From the NCBI GenBank assembly GCA_035464655.1, contig DATHRZ010000102.1, positions 18,894 through 82,893 on the forward strand: a DNA stretch of 64,000 nucleotides. The letters run 5' to 3'. Shown here in pieces: positions 1 to 9,166 of this stretch. Source of the stretch: Gemmatimonadota bacterium (GTDB taxonomy: Bacteria > Gemmatimonadota > Gemmatimonadetes > Palauibacterales > Palauibacteraceae). The translations under genes and the position numbers were made by a program. Under the pieces are notes generated by a model that was not told the DNA's origin, made no database searches, and saw only the letters and a program-made list of their open reading frames with translations. Numbering within the stretch: position 1 is the first letter of the stretch; each line of letters starts with the position of its first letter.

Positions 1-1302
1 GATCGGGCTCTGGTCGGTAGCAGGCGCTTGCCAGGCGGCGTCGAGCTCGGGTCTGCGGAAAGGCTGGACACCGGTGGCCAGGTTCGCATCGGACAGCACG
101 ATCACCAGCGTTCGGAACGTCTCGGCAATCCGCCGTGCCGTGACCATCACGTGGAAGCACTCCTCGATCGTGGCCGGGGCGATGATCACGTGCGGCGCGT
201 CGCCCGGTTGCCCGAAGAGAGCGGCAAGGAGGTCCGATTGTTCGACTTTCGTGGGAAGGCCCGTGCTTGGCCCGCCGCGCTGGACGTCGACGACGACGAG
301 AGGCATCTCCGTCATGACGGCCAACCCGAGAAACTCGGTCTTCAGCGCGAGGCCGGGACCGGAGGTGATCGTGAAGGCCACCTTGCCGCTGTAAGAAGCT
401 CCGAGAGCTACGCCGGCCGCTGCGATTTCGTCCTCGGCCTGATGGATGATCCCACCAAACCGCTCGAACACGCTGGCCAGGTGATGTGAGACGGAGCTGG
501 CCGGTGTGATCGGGTACATGGCCGCGAGCTCCATGCCCGCCGCAATCGCTCCCAGCGCGACAGCCTGGTTGCCGTTCATGACGACCATGGACTCGGCGGA
601 AAGCAGCGGCGCCACGTGCACCCGGAAGTCGAGGTGACCGCGTGCCCACTTCACACCCGCGTCGAACAGCAGATGATTCAGCTCGATGACCGACTGGCTC
701 TTCTTGCGGAATGTGAACGCAATCTGGTTTCGGGTCAGCTCGGCATCCCGGGCGTAGATCTCGGTCAGGAGCCCCAGGGCGAACATGTTCTTGCCGAGGG
801 TCGGATCCTCGACGAGCCTGGAGCATTCCGCATGCATGGGAATGCCGATGATCCGGTAGTCGGCCGCCCCCAGCTCCTCGAGAGCCGCAGCCCACGCGGC
901 GCGGATCTCCTCGTCCTCGTGATCGGCCCATCGGTTCTCGAGCAGGATGATGGCGTCCGGTTCGAGCGTTCCGAGACGATGGCGGTGCAGCAGCGCCTGC
1001 TCATTGAACGCCATGACGAGGTTGGTACGATCGCCCCAGTTGGTGACCGGACCCGAGCCAAGGCGAATGCGGTTGCCGCTGGCCGCGGCAGGATCCCGTG
1101 GGGGAGGTTGGACTTCGGCCGGTATGATCTCCACCGTCCACACGCCATTGCCCATCTTGGCGGAGACGGTGCCGAAGATCTGGCCGCAGCGCTGGGCACC
1201 CTCACCGGGATCCGACACGACTTCGACGGTGTGAGAGGAGGTTTCCATAATCTCGACGTCAGCCGGGTCCTGCGCAGCTTCCTCGAGCAGCGGAAGTTTC
1301 AT
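1..1302 (-). CDS. korA: 2-oxoacid:ferredoxin oxidoreductase alpha subunit (KorA/PorA family), 3' end beyond window
   Basis: Minus-strand frame open to window edge; translation METSSHTVEVV...MNGNQAVALGAIAAGMELAAMYPITPASSVSHHLA...TITSGPGLALK...VVVDVQRGGPSTGLPTKVEQSDL is typical of KorA/PorA alpha subunits. Not on the ORF track because no in-window stop. Start uncertain: ATG at 1251, 1302 or 1308. Confidence 0.8.
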   Translation of the reverse strand, partial: MKLPLLEEAAQDPADVEIMETSSHTVEVVSDPGEGAQRCGQIFGTVSAKMGNGVWTVEIIPAEVQPPPRDPAAASGNRIRLGSGPVTNWGDRTNLVMAFNEQALLHRHRLGTLEPDAIILLENRWADHEDEEIRAAWAAALEELGAADYRIIGIPMHAECSRLVEDPTLGKNMFALGLLTEIYARDAELTRNQIAFTFRKKSQSVIELNHLLFDAGVKWARGHLDFRVHVAPLLSAESMVVMNGNQAVALGAIAAGMELAAMYPITPASSVSHHLASVFERFGGIIHQAEDEIAAAGVALGASYSGKVAFTITSGPGLALKTEFLGLAVMTEMPLVVVDVQRGGPSTGLPTKVEQSDLLAALFGQPGDAPHVIIAPATIEECFHVMVTARRIAETFRTLVIVLSDANLATGVQPFRRPELDAAWQAPATDQSPI

Positions 1303-1407
1303 GACCATAGCACGTTGCGCCTTGTTTCGCGTTCATTTCACCGGTCACTCGGGTCGGGCTCGCGCGCGAGTCTGGCTCGCGGAGCACCAAACCGAATGCC
1401 GGGCCAA

Positions 1408-1480
<73 letters not shown>

Positions 1481-1642
1481 AGGTCGGTTACTACGGCCAC
1501 CATCTTAAGGCCGGCCATGCGGAGGCGCGACGCCGCGACGCGGTACGGCCGTGATATGGCGGGATCCCGCTTGAGCCCGGCAAGTCCGCCACCTATGTTT
1601 CGTCGTCGGATTGGTGGACCTCACCGCACGAAGGAGCTTGCA

Positions 1643-2224
1643 ATGTGTGCGCGCACATCTTCGCTGGTCGCTTTCTCGCTGTTCGCCTTCTTCCTGACTC
1701 CGGTCGCCCTGTTCGGCCAGGAGGAGATGGCCCGAGAGGCCGATGAGGCTCCCGATCGTTCCGCCATCATCGAGAGCGCCCTCAGCGCCGCGCCGGCCGC
1801 GATCGCCGCCGACGCCTCGGTGGCCGACTGGGATGGCAACGTTCTGCGCGTCGGCACGAACGACTACACCTGTCTGCCGGACGACCCGGACGTACCCGGC
1901 AACTCGCCGATGTGCCTCGATTCCGGATGGTTGGCGTGGGCCGAGGCCTGGCAGAACCGGACGAATCCTCCGGAACTCGAGTCCGCCGCGTTCAGCTACA
2001 TGCTCCAGGGCGATTCCCCGGTCAGCAACGTCGACCCATACGCCACGGAACCGACGGACGACAACGACTGGATCAAGAACTCGGGCCCGCACATCATGAT
2101 GCTGGTGCCCGATTCGTCGGTGCTCGACGGGATCACCACCGACCATGAGAACGGCGGCCCGTGGGTGATGTGGAAGGACACACCGTACGCTCACGTGATG
2201 ATCCCGGCGACGAAGAAAGAGTAG
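1643..2224 (+). CDS. hypothetical secreted protein
   Basis: ATG at 1643 gives N-terminal signal peptide MCARTSSLVAFSLFAFFLTPVALFGQ. The ORF-track start at 1301 would run through the tRNA gene. No recognisable family. Confidence 0.55.
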   Translation: MCARTSSLVAFSLFAFFLTPVALFGQEEMAREADEAPDRSAIIESALSAAPAAIAADASVADWDGNVLRVGTNDYTCLPDDPDVPGNSPMCLDSGWLAWAEAWQNRTNPPELESAAFSYMLQGDSPVSNVDPYATEPTDDNDWIKNSGPHIMMLVPDSSVLDGITTDHENGGPWVMWKDTPYAHVMIPATKKE

Positions 2225-2236
2225 CAGGGCGGCTTC

Positions 2237-2896
2237 TCATCCAGAAGCGGCAGACGATTTCAGAACCTCGTCCGCCCGAAGGCCCATTTCGAGCTGCGCC
2301 ACCGGGCGCCAGGTCGCCCGGTGGTGTGGCGACGGGCCGACGCGGCGAATCGCCGCCAGGTGCTCGCCGGTGGCGTAGCCCTTGTTCGACTCCCAGCCGT
2401 ACTGCGGGTAGCGCGGATGCAGGCGGCGCATCAGGCGGTCCCGCACGACCTTGGCGAGAATGGACGCGCAGGCGATCGAGGCGCACTTGCGGTCTCCGCC
2501 CACGATCGAGGTATGGTCGCCAACGGCGGGCATCGGGCGGCCGTCGACGAGCAGGCGGTCGGGTTCGACGGCGAGTCGCGCGACGGCGCGGCGCATGGCG
2601 AGCGCCGTAGCGCCGCGAATGTTGAGGCGCTCGATTTCGCGGGTCGAGGCGGCACCGAGGGCCCAGGTGAGGGCCAGGCGACGGATCTCACCGGCCGCCT
2701 CCTCACGCTCCTTCGGCGACAGCAGCTTGCTGTCGCAGACACCATCGATCGGATCCGAATCCGGTACGAGCACGACGGCCCCAGCCACCACCGGGCCCGC
2801 AAGCGGGCCACAGCCAACCTCGTCGAGCCCTGCCACGTGACGAAGCCCGCAGTCCCAGGCTTCGCGTTCGAAGTCGATGGGAGCAGTGCGGGCCAT
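2237..2896 (-). CDS. rnhB: ribonuclease HII
   Basis: GLDEVGCGPLAGPVVAGAVVL and DSK motifs characteristic of RNase HII. Confidence 0.9.
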   Translation of the reverse strand: MARTAPIDFEREAWDCGLRHVAGLDEVGCGPLAGPVVAGAVVLVPDSDPIDGVCDSKLLSPKEREEAAGEIRRLALTWALGAASTREIERLNIRGATALAMRRAVARLAVEPDRLLVDGRPMPAVGDHTSIVGGDRKCASIACASILAKVVRDRLMRRLHPRYPQYGWESNKGYATGEHLAAIRRVGPSPHHRATWRPVAQLEMGLRADEVLKSSAASG

Positions 2897-2925
2897 TCGT
2901 CCGTCCTCCTGCGATCCGCGCGGAA

Positions 2926-3450
2926 TCAGACCTCGGTTTTGCCAGCCTCCGTCTCGGCGCCGGCTTCCACCGTCACCGCGGTGTCATCGACCTCCACCAC
3001 GCCATCTGCATCGGGAGCGTCCGCGTCCTCGGCCTTCGCCTCGCGAGCCTCGACCTCGGCGGCGGCTTCCGCGACCGCTTCACGGCTGAGACCCGTGTCC
3101 TCCCACCAGCGGCGCTCGCGAACGCGGGCGCGCTTGCCGCGCCGGGCGCGGAGGTAGTAGAGCTTCGCACGCCGGACGTGGCCGCGGCGCACGACTTCGA
3201 TGCTCGCGATGGCCGGGGAGTGCACGGGAAAGATGCGCTCGACGCCGACACCGCCGGACACTTTGCGCACCATGAAGGTCTCGTTCAGACCCGCGCCACG
3301 GCGCGAGATGCAGATCCCCTCGAACGCCTGGAGGCGCTCCTTGGCGCCCTCGACCACGCGCACCAGCACGCGCACGGTGTCGCCGGGTCCGAAGGCCGGG
3401 AGGTCCGTCCGTCGCTGTTTCCGTTCGATTTCCGCAATTCTGGGATCCAC
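2926..3450 (-). CDS. rplS: 50S ribosomal protein L19 with acidic C-terminal extension
   Basis: Core [48 protein letters not shown] matches L19. Start reassigned to GTG at 3450 preceded by GGAG; the ATG ORF to 3879 is an overextension. About 60 aa Ala/Glu/Asp-rich tail. Confidence 0.9.
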   Translation of the reverse strand: MDPRIAEIERKQRRTDLPAFGPGDTVRVLVRVVEGAKERLQAFEGICISRRGAGLNETFMVRKVSGGVGVERIFPVHSPAIASIEVVRRGHVRRAKLYYLRARRGKRARVRERRWWEDTGLSREAVAEAAAEVEAREAKAEDADAPDADGVVEVDDTAVTVEAGAETEAGKTEV

Positions 3451-3527
3451 TGTTCCCGCTCCTTCCGGGGCCGCGCTGGCGGCCGGTCCTCTGTCTATCC
3501 GAATGTAACTCGAATCTCGCTTCGTTC

Positions 3528-4199
3528 CTACAGGTCCTGTTCGAGCTCCGGGCGGCGCTCGCGCGTGATCCGCTCGGCTTCCTCGCGCCGCCAGCGCTCG
3601 ACCCGGGCATGGTCCCCGGAACGCAGCACTTCGGGGACTTCCATCCCCCTGTATTCGGCCGGCCGCGTGTACTCGGGCGGAGCCAGCCGCCCGTCGTAGA
3701 ACGAATCGCCCGCCGCCGACTCGTGGTCGCTCATCGCGCCCGGCAGCAGCCGTACGACGGCGTCGATCACCACCAGGGCCGCCGGCTCGCCGCCGGACAA
3801 CACGTAGTCGCCGATCGACAGCTCCTCGGTCGCGAGGCCCTCGGCCACGCGCTCGTCGACGCCCTTGTAGTGGCCGCACAGGAGCGTGAGCTCCCGCCCG
3901 ACCGAGTAGCGCACGGCCGTCTCGTGGTCGAATCGCCGGCCACGCGGGCTCAGCAACACGACCGGTCCCCCCGGCGCCAGCTCGTCGAGCGCCTCGAAGA
4001 ACGGTTCGGGCTTCATCACCATTCCGGCGCCGCCCCCGTAGGGCTCGTCGTCCACCGTCCGGTGCCGATCGTGCGTGTAGTCACGCAGATCGATCACCCG
4101 GTACTCGACCAGCCCGGCAGCGGCGGCCCGTCCCACGATGCTCGTCCCGAGCGCTTCCGCGAAAAACGCCGGAAAGATCGTCACGACGTTGATCCGCAC
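3528..4199 (-). CDS. trmD: tRNA (guanine37-N1)-methyltransferase
   Basis: RINVVTIFP...[17 protein letters not shown] motifs; GTG start 2 nt after rimM stop. Confidence 0.9.
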   Translation of the reverse strand: MRINVVTIFPAFFAEALGTSIVGRAAAAGLVEYRVIDLRDYTHDRHRTVDDEPYGGGAGMVMKPEPFFEALDELAPGGPVVLLSPRGRRFDHETAVRYSVGRELTLLCGHYKGVDERVAEGLATEELSIGDYVLSGGEPAALVVIDAVVRLLPGAMSDHESAAGDSFYDGRLAPPEYTRPAEYRGMEVPEVLRSGDHARVERWRREEAERITRERRPELEQDL

Positions 4200-4201
4200 G
4201 C

Positions 4202-4723
4202 CTACAGCTCCAGCAACCCGGCCGGCAATGCGACGTCGATCCTTCGTCCGTTCGGATCGACGTTTCGCACGAACTCGCGCCGCAGCGGGAACAGCCGCTC
4301 GCGGCCGTCGACCTGCACGGCTGCCAGCACCTGGCCCGCCGTGTCGTACACGTCGACGATCGGTCCGAGACTCCCGTGCTGCTCGTCGATCACCTCGAGG
4401 CCGACGAGCTCGTGCAGAAAGTACTCGTCGTCGTCCAGCGGACGCAGGTCGTCGCGCTCGAGCACCAGTTCGGCGCCGAGCAACGTCTGCGCCGTGTCGC
4501 GATCGACGATCTCGCGAAACCGCAGCAGATACCCGCCTCGATGCGGCCGGCTCTCGGTCAGCGTCACCTCGCGCACGACCGTTTCCCTACCACGCTCGAC
4601 CCGCAGGCCGAAGGTGCGATCGGCCCGAAACACTTCGGCGCCGTCGTCCGTCTCGGCGTGCACGAGCACCTCACCGGCCAGCCCGTGCGCCCGCCGTACG
4701 CGGGCCACCGTCAATACGTCCAT
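4202..4723 (-). CDS. rimM: 16S rRNA processing protein RimM
   Basis: RimM-like N-terminal (VARVRRAHGLAGEVLV) and PRC barrel; conserved position between rpsP and trmD. Confidence 0.85.
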   Translation of the reverse strand: MDVLTVARVRRAHGLAGEVLVHAETDDGAEVFRADRTFGLRVERGRETVVREVTLTESRPHRGGYLLRFREIVDRDTAQTLLGAELVLERDDLRPLDDDEYFLHELVGLEVIDEQHGSLGPIVDVYDTAGQVLAAVQVDGRERLFPLRREFVRNVDPNGRRIDVALPAGLLEL

Positions 4724-4748
4724 GGCCTTCGCCCCGCGTGGCGAGGGA

Positions 4749-5456
4749 TTACGTCTCGTCTTCCTCTTCGGCTTCGTCGGCGTCGTCGGCTTCGGTTTCG
4801 TCCGCTTCAGCTTCGTCCGCTTCGGCTTCGTCGGCCTCGTCCGCCGCCGCCTCCGGAGCCGCTTCGGCCTCCGCCTCGACGCTCTCGGCAGTCTCGGCAG
4901 CTTCGGCGTCCGGGGCCTCGGCTTCGGCGTCCGGGGCCTCGGCCTCCGCTTCCTTCTCCGCCGCCGTCTCTGCCTCGGCTTCCGCCTCTGCCTCCTCCGC
5001 TTCCGCAGCGGCCTTCGCGGCCGCCGCCTTATCCTCGGCCGCCTTGCGCGCGGCGGCCTCGGCCAGGGCCTTCTCCTCGGCCCGGCGCGTCGCGGCTTCC
5101 TTCTCGCCCGCGGCGGCGGCCTTCGCGCGGCTCGACGTCTTCGGGTCGCTCCCGAGCATCACGACCGCCTCTTCTTCGACGATCGAATCGGCGGCCGCTC
5201 CGGCACGGTACTTCTCCCACACGCCCGTCTTCTTGAAGATCGACACGACGGTGTCGGTGGGGCGAGCGCCCTCGTGCAGCCAGTGCAGGGCCGAAGCGGT
5301 GTTCAGCTTGATCAGCGACGGCTCGGTCCGCGGGTTGTAGGTTCCGAGGGTCTCGAGGGCCGGACCGCTGTTGGCCTCGGCCTTGTCGGTAACCACGATG
5401 CGAAACGACGCCTGCTTCTTCCGGCCCGTCCGCTGCAATCGAATTCTCGTCGGCAT
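4749..5456 (-). CDS. rpsP: 30S ribosomal protein S16 with about 150-aa acidic Ala/Glu-rich C-terminal extension
   Basis: N-terminus MPTRIRLQRTGRKKQASFRIVVTDKAEANSGPALETLGTYNP is canonical S16. C-terminal half is AEAEAE/EAPDAE low-complexity and contains a perfect 21-nt tandem duplication. Confidence 0.9.
   Translation of the reverse strand: MPTRIRLQRTGRKKQASFRIVVTDKAEANSGPALETLGTYNPRTEPSLIKLNTASALHWLHEGARPTDTVVSIFKKTGVWEKYRAGAAADSIVEEEAVVMLGSDPKTSSRAKAAAAGEKEAATRRAEEKALAEAAARKAAEDKAAAAKAAAEAEEAEAEAEAETAAEKEAEAEAPDAEAEAPDAEAAETAESVEAEAEAAPEAAADEADEAEADEAEADETEADDADEAEEEDET
4901..4942 (-). repeat. perfect 21-nt tandem duplication (cttcggcgtccggggcctcgg x2) inside the rpsP extension
   Basis: Read directly: 4901-4921 and 4922-4942 are identical. 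In frame, duplicating an EAEAPDA heptapeptide. Confidence 0.9.
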
Positions 5457-5468
5457 TCCGTTCCCCTG

Positions 5469-6812
5469 TTATCGAAGCAGTGAGCCGAGTCCACCGCCGG
5501 CCGCTAGCCGGGGCGCGAGCTTGCCCATCTGCTTCATCATCTTGCGCATCTCTTTGAACTGCTTGAGCAACCGGTTCACTTCCGACACCGGCCGCCCCGA
5601 TCCCCGCGCGATGCGGGCGCGGCGGGATCCGTTGAGGATCTCCGGCCGCCGGCGCTCTTCCGGCGTCATGGACAGCACGATGGCCTCCATGTGGCGAATC
5701 CGCTTCGGATCCACCTCGACCCCCTGGAGCATCTTCGGCTTCACGCCGGGGATCATCTTCAGCATGTTTTCCAGCGGACCCATCTTCTGGATCTGCGAGA
5801 TCGCCGCGAGGAAGTCTTCGAGATCGAACCTTCCCTCGCCCAGCACCTTCTTTTCGAGTCGCTCCGTTGCGGCGGGGTCGATCGTCTGCTGCGCCTTCTC
5901 GACCAGCCCGACGATATCGCCCATCTGGAGGATTCGACCTGCCATCCGCTCGGCGTCGAACGCCGTCAGATCCTCGGGCCGCTCTCCCGTACCCACGAAC
6001 TTCACCGGCACGCCCAGCACGCCGTGAATCGACAGGGCCGCACCGCCGCGCGCGTCGCCGTCCATCTTCGTCAGGACGACTCCGTCGATCCCGACGGCCT
6101 CGTGGAAGCCTTCGGCGATGCGTACGGCCTCCTGTCCCGTCATGCCGTCGGCGACGAACAGTACCTCGTGCGCCCCGGTCGACCGCTTCAGGTCGGCGAT
6201 CTCGCGCATCAGCGCCTCGTCGGCCTGCAGGCGCCCCGCCGTGTCGAGCAGCACGTGCGTGCGGCCTTCGCGCCGCGCCTCGTCGATCGCCCGTTCCGCC
6301 AGGGCGCCGACATCCTTCGCCGCCGCGTCGTGCACGACCGGCACGCCGATCTGCTCACCCAGCGTCACCAGCTGCTCGCCCGCCGCCGGCCTGTACGGAT
6401 CGCAGGCGACCAGCGTCGGCCGCCTTCCGTCCTTCGCAAGCCGCCGGGCGAGCTTGGCCGCCGTCGTCGTCTTCCCGGCGCCCTGCAGCCCGACCAGCAT
6501 GATCACGGTCGGGGGCACAGCGGCCGACGCGAGCTCCGCGCCCCCCGCTCCACCCAGCACCTCGACCAGCTCGTCGTGCACGATCTTGACGATCTGATCG
6601 CCCGGGCGAATCGACTTCAGCGCCTCTTCGCCAATCGCCCGCTCCTCGACCCGGCCGAGGAAGTCCTTCGCCACCTGGAAGTTCACGTCGGCTTCCAGCA
6701 GGGCCCGGCGCACCTCGCGCAGGCCCTCGCGCAGCATGGGCGCAGTGATGACGCCGCGGCTTTTCAGCCGGCCGAATACGCCGTCGAGTCTGTCACCCAG
6801 CTGTTCAAACAT
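5469..6812 (-). CDS. ffh: signal recognition particle protein Ffh
   Basis: MFEQLGDRL start, GLQGAGKTTTAAKL P-loop, DTAGR, M-domain at C-terminus. Start taken as ATG at 6812, with a GGAG 6 nt upstream, rather than ORF-track 6827. Confidence 0.9.
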   Translation of the reverse strand: MFEQLGDRLDGVFGRLKSRGVITAPMLREGLREVRRALLEADVNFQVAKDFLGRVEERAIGEEALKSIRPGDQIVKIVHDELVEVLGGAGGAELASAAVPPTVIMLVGLQGAGKTTTAAKLARRLAKDGRRPTLVACDPYRPAAGEQLVTLGEQIGVPVVHDAAAKDVGALAERAIDEARREGRTHVLLDTAGRLQADEALMREIADLKRSTGAHEVLFVADGMTGQEAVRIAEGFHEAVGIDGVVLTKMDGDARGGAALSIHGVLGVPVKFVGTGERPEDLTAFDAERMAGRILQMGDIVGLVEKAQQTIDPAATERLEKKVLGEGRFDLEDFLAAISQIQKMGPLENMLKMIPGVKPKMLQGVEVDPKRIRHMEAIVLSMTPEERRRPEILNGSRRARIARGSGRPVSEVNRLLKQFKEMRKMMKQMGKLAPRLAAGGGLGSLLR

Positions 6813-6832
6813 CACGGGCTCCATCAAACAAA

Positions 6833-6862
6833 AGACGCGATGCCCGCGGGCAATTCGCGTCT
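6833..6862 (-). terminator. GC-rich hairpin followed by U-tract (UUUUGUUUG) immediately upstream of ffh RBS; intrinsic terminator or attenuator-like
   Basis: Minus-strand RNA AGACGCGA-AUUGCCCGCGGGCA-UCGCGUCU then UUUUGUUUGAUGGAG. Inner GCCCGCGGGC palindrome. Confidence 0.5.
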
Positions 6863-6904
6863 TCCGGTTCCGTCGTACGCGACGGGCCGGCCAAAGAGCC
6901 GTTT

Positions 6905-6933
6905 ATTATAGAGCGGAGAACCGCTTCAGGCAA
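6905..6933 (-). promoter_or_regulatory. sigma-70-like promoter TTGCCT-17-TATAAT for the ffh operon
   Basis: Minus-strand cgTTGCCTgaagcggttctccgctcTATAATaaac; perfect -10, 4/6 -35, 17-nt spacer. The -35 overlaps the purA stop. Confidence 0.45.
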
Positions 6934-8233
6934 CGCTTCCCGGCGCCACGGGAACGATCTGGCTGCGGGTCGATCCGACGCTGACATAGCGGATCGGCAC
7001 GCCGGATACCGCCTGGACGCGTTTCAGGTAGGATCGGGCCGCCTCGGGAAGGGCGTCCCAGGTACGGCAGTCCTCGGTCGAGGCCATCCAGCCGGCCACG
7101 GTCTCGTACACGGGCCGGACACGCTCGAGGTCTTCGGTTCGCGCGGGCAGCGTGGGTCGGCTGACTCCATCGAGTTCGTAGCCCACGCCGAGCTCGATTT
7201 CTTCGAACGTGTCGAGCACGTCGAGCTTCGTGACAGCCAGCGCCGTGAGACCGTTCACGGCGGCGGCGTGCCGCACGACCACGCCGTCGAACCAGCCGGG
7301 CCGCCGCGGCCGGCCGGTCGTCGCCCCGAACTCGCCGCCGAGGGTTCGCAGGTGCTCGGCTGCGCTCCCCTCGAGCTCGGTGGGCAGCGGCCCGTTTCCG
7401 ACCCGCGTCGTGTACGCCTTGACCACGCCCAGGACTTCGTCGATCAGGGTCGGGCCGATGCCGACGCCCACGGCCGCGCCACCCGCCGTCGTATTGGACG
7501 ACGTCACGTACGGATAGGTGCCATGGTCGACGTCGAGGAGCGAACCCTGCGCGCCCTCGAGCAGGACGCGGCCGCCCTCGTCGAGCTTCGCGCGGATTTC
7601 CTCCCCCGTGTCGGTCGCCATGGTCAGCAGACCGGCGGCGACGGCCTCGAGGCGATCCATGGTCTCGGTCGGGTTCGCGCGCTCGGCGGCCCCGTAGGCC
7701 TCGAGACGCTCGTTGGCGTCCTCGCACCGCTGCTCGACCACCGTCCGCACGGCCACGAGGTCGACCAGGTCGCACACCCGGATTCCCGTGCGCGCGACCT
7801 TGTCCCGGTAGGCCGGACCGATGCCGCGGCGGGTCGTGCCGATCTCGCCGCCCGCCCGCCGGGCCTCCCGCGCGCCGTCGAGCAGGCGATGGTAGGGAAG
7901 CACGAGGTGGGTGCGCCACGAGATCCCGAGCCGACCGGTGATCTCGATGCCCCGCCCCTCGAGCGCTTCGATTTCCTCGCTCAGCGTCCACGGATCGACC
8001 ACCACGCCGTTGCCGAGCAGGCAGCGGACGGACGGATAGAGGGCACCCGATGGAATGAGGTGGAGGATGAACTCCTCGCCGCCCGTCTGCACCGTGTGGC
8101 CCGCGTTCGCGCCGCCCTGGTAGCGCGCGACGATATCGGCCTGCTCGGCCAGCACGTCGGTGATCTTTCCCTTCCCCTCGTCACCCCACTGGGCGCCGAC
8201 GAGGACTACACACCGGGCCGATTCGTCGAACAT
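6926..8233 (-). CDS. purA: adenylosuccinate synthetase
   Basis: QWGDEGKGKITD, GGANAGHTV, TTRRGIGPAY motifs. Confidence 0.95.
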   Translation of the reverse strand: MFDESARCVVLVGAQWGDEGKGKITDVLAEQADIVARYQGGANAGHTVQTGGEEFILHLIPSGALYPSVRCLLGNGVVVDPWTLSEEIEALEGRGIEITGRLGISWRTHLVLPYHRLLDGAREARRAGGEIGTTRRGIGPAYRDKVARTGIRVCDLVDLVAVRTVVEQRCEDANERLEAYGAAERANPTETMDRLEAVAAGLLTMATDTGEEIRAKLDEGGRVLLEGAQGSLLDVDHGTYPYVTSSNTTAGGAAVGVGIGPTLIDEVLGVVKAYTTRVGNGPLPTELEGSAAEHLRTLGGEFGATTGRPRRPGWFDGVVVRHAAAVNGLTALAVTKLDVLDTFEEIELGVGYELDGVSRPTLPARTEDLERVRPVYETVAGWMASTEDCRTWDALPEAARSYLKRVQAVSGVPIRYVSVGSTRSQIVPVAPGSVA

Positions 8234-8235
8234 GG

Positions 8236-9150
8236 TCAGCTCCTCGCTTCGGCCGGTTCGAGCACCCCGGCGGACTCCAGCGCCTCGCGAATCGCCGTGC
8301 GAGCGGTCTCGTCGGGCCGCAGGAGCGGCGGGCGGGGCGGCCCGCCGTGGAATCCGAGCAGATCGAGCGCCGCCTTGACCCCCGGTACGCCCGTTCCGGC
8401 GACCACGGCCCGATGCAGCGGGCCGATCCGCTCCTGGAGCCGCCCCGCTTCGACGGCCCTACCGGCCGTGAACGCCGCATGCAGCGCCGTCGCCGCCTCG
8501 GGGGCCAGCAGTCCCACGGCCACGATGCCGCCGCGCGCACCGATCTCGAGGCCGGAGTAAAGGTGCGTTCCGGCCCCCACGAGTACGCTCGCCTCCTCGC
8601 CGCACACCTCGCACAGGGCCCCGAGATTCTGCACGTCGCCCGACGAATCCTTGATACCGACGACATTTCCGTGGCGAATCAGCTCGCCGACCAGGTCGGG
8701 CGCGAGGTCGACGGGTACGAACTTCGGTACGTGGTAGAGAAGAACCGGAACCGGCGAGGCGTCGGCCACTTCCCAGAAGTGCAGCCGCAGCGCCTCGGGC
8801 GTCATCTGCGCCCGATAGTAGTAGGGCGGATGCACGAGTACGGCGTCGGCGCCCACGTCGGCGGCTTCCTTCGACGCGCGGATCGTGGCCCGCGTCGACT
8901 GGCGCCCCGTGCCGGCGATGAGCACGCGGCCTTCGGGCAGCGCCTCACGCGCCGCGCGGAGTGCCGCGAGCGTTTCGGCCGGTTCGAGAAGCACGGCCTC
9001 GCCGGTCGATCCGCCGACCAGCACGCCGGCGATCGGATGCGCGGACCAGCGCCGCAGGTTGGCCGACAGGGCGGTCAGATCGAGCTCTCCGTCGGATCCG
9101 AACGGCGTGGTGACGGGCAGGTAGACGCCCTGGAACTTCAACTCCGGCAT
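8236..9150 (-). CDS. dihydrodipicolinate synthase/N-acetylneuraminate lyase family protein
   Basis: VTTPF...GVLVGGSTGE...VVGIKDSSGD (Schiff-base Lys) pattern of the DapA/NAL family. Start reassigned to ATG 9150 (MPELKFQG) preceded by GAAAGG. Confidence 0.8.
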   Translation of the reverse strand: MPELKFQGVYLPVTTPFGSDGELDLTALSANLRRWSAHPIAGVLVGGSTGEAVLLEPAETLAALRAAREALPEGRVLIAGTGRQSTRATIRASKEAADVGADAVLVHPPYYYRAQMTPEALRLHFWEVADASPVPVLLYHVPKFVPVDLAPDLVGELIRHGNVVGIKDSSGDVQNLGALCEVCGEEASVLVGAGTHLYSGLEIGARGGIVAVGLLAPEAATALHAAFTAGRAVEAGRLQERIGPLHRAVVAGTGVPGVKAALDLLGFHGGPPRPPLLRPDETARTAIREALESAGVLEPAEARS

Positions 9151-9166
9151 GTCGCGCCTTTCACGT

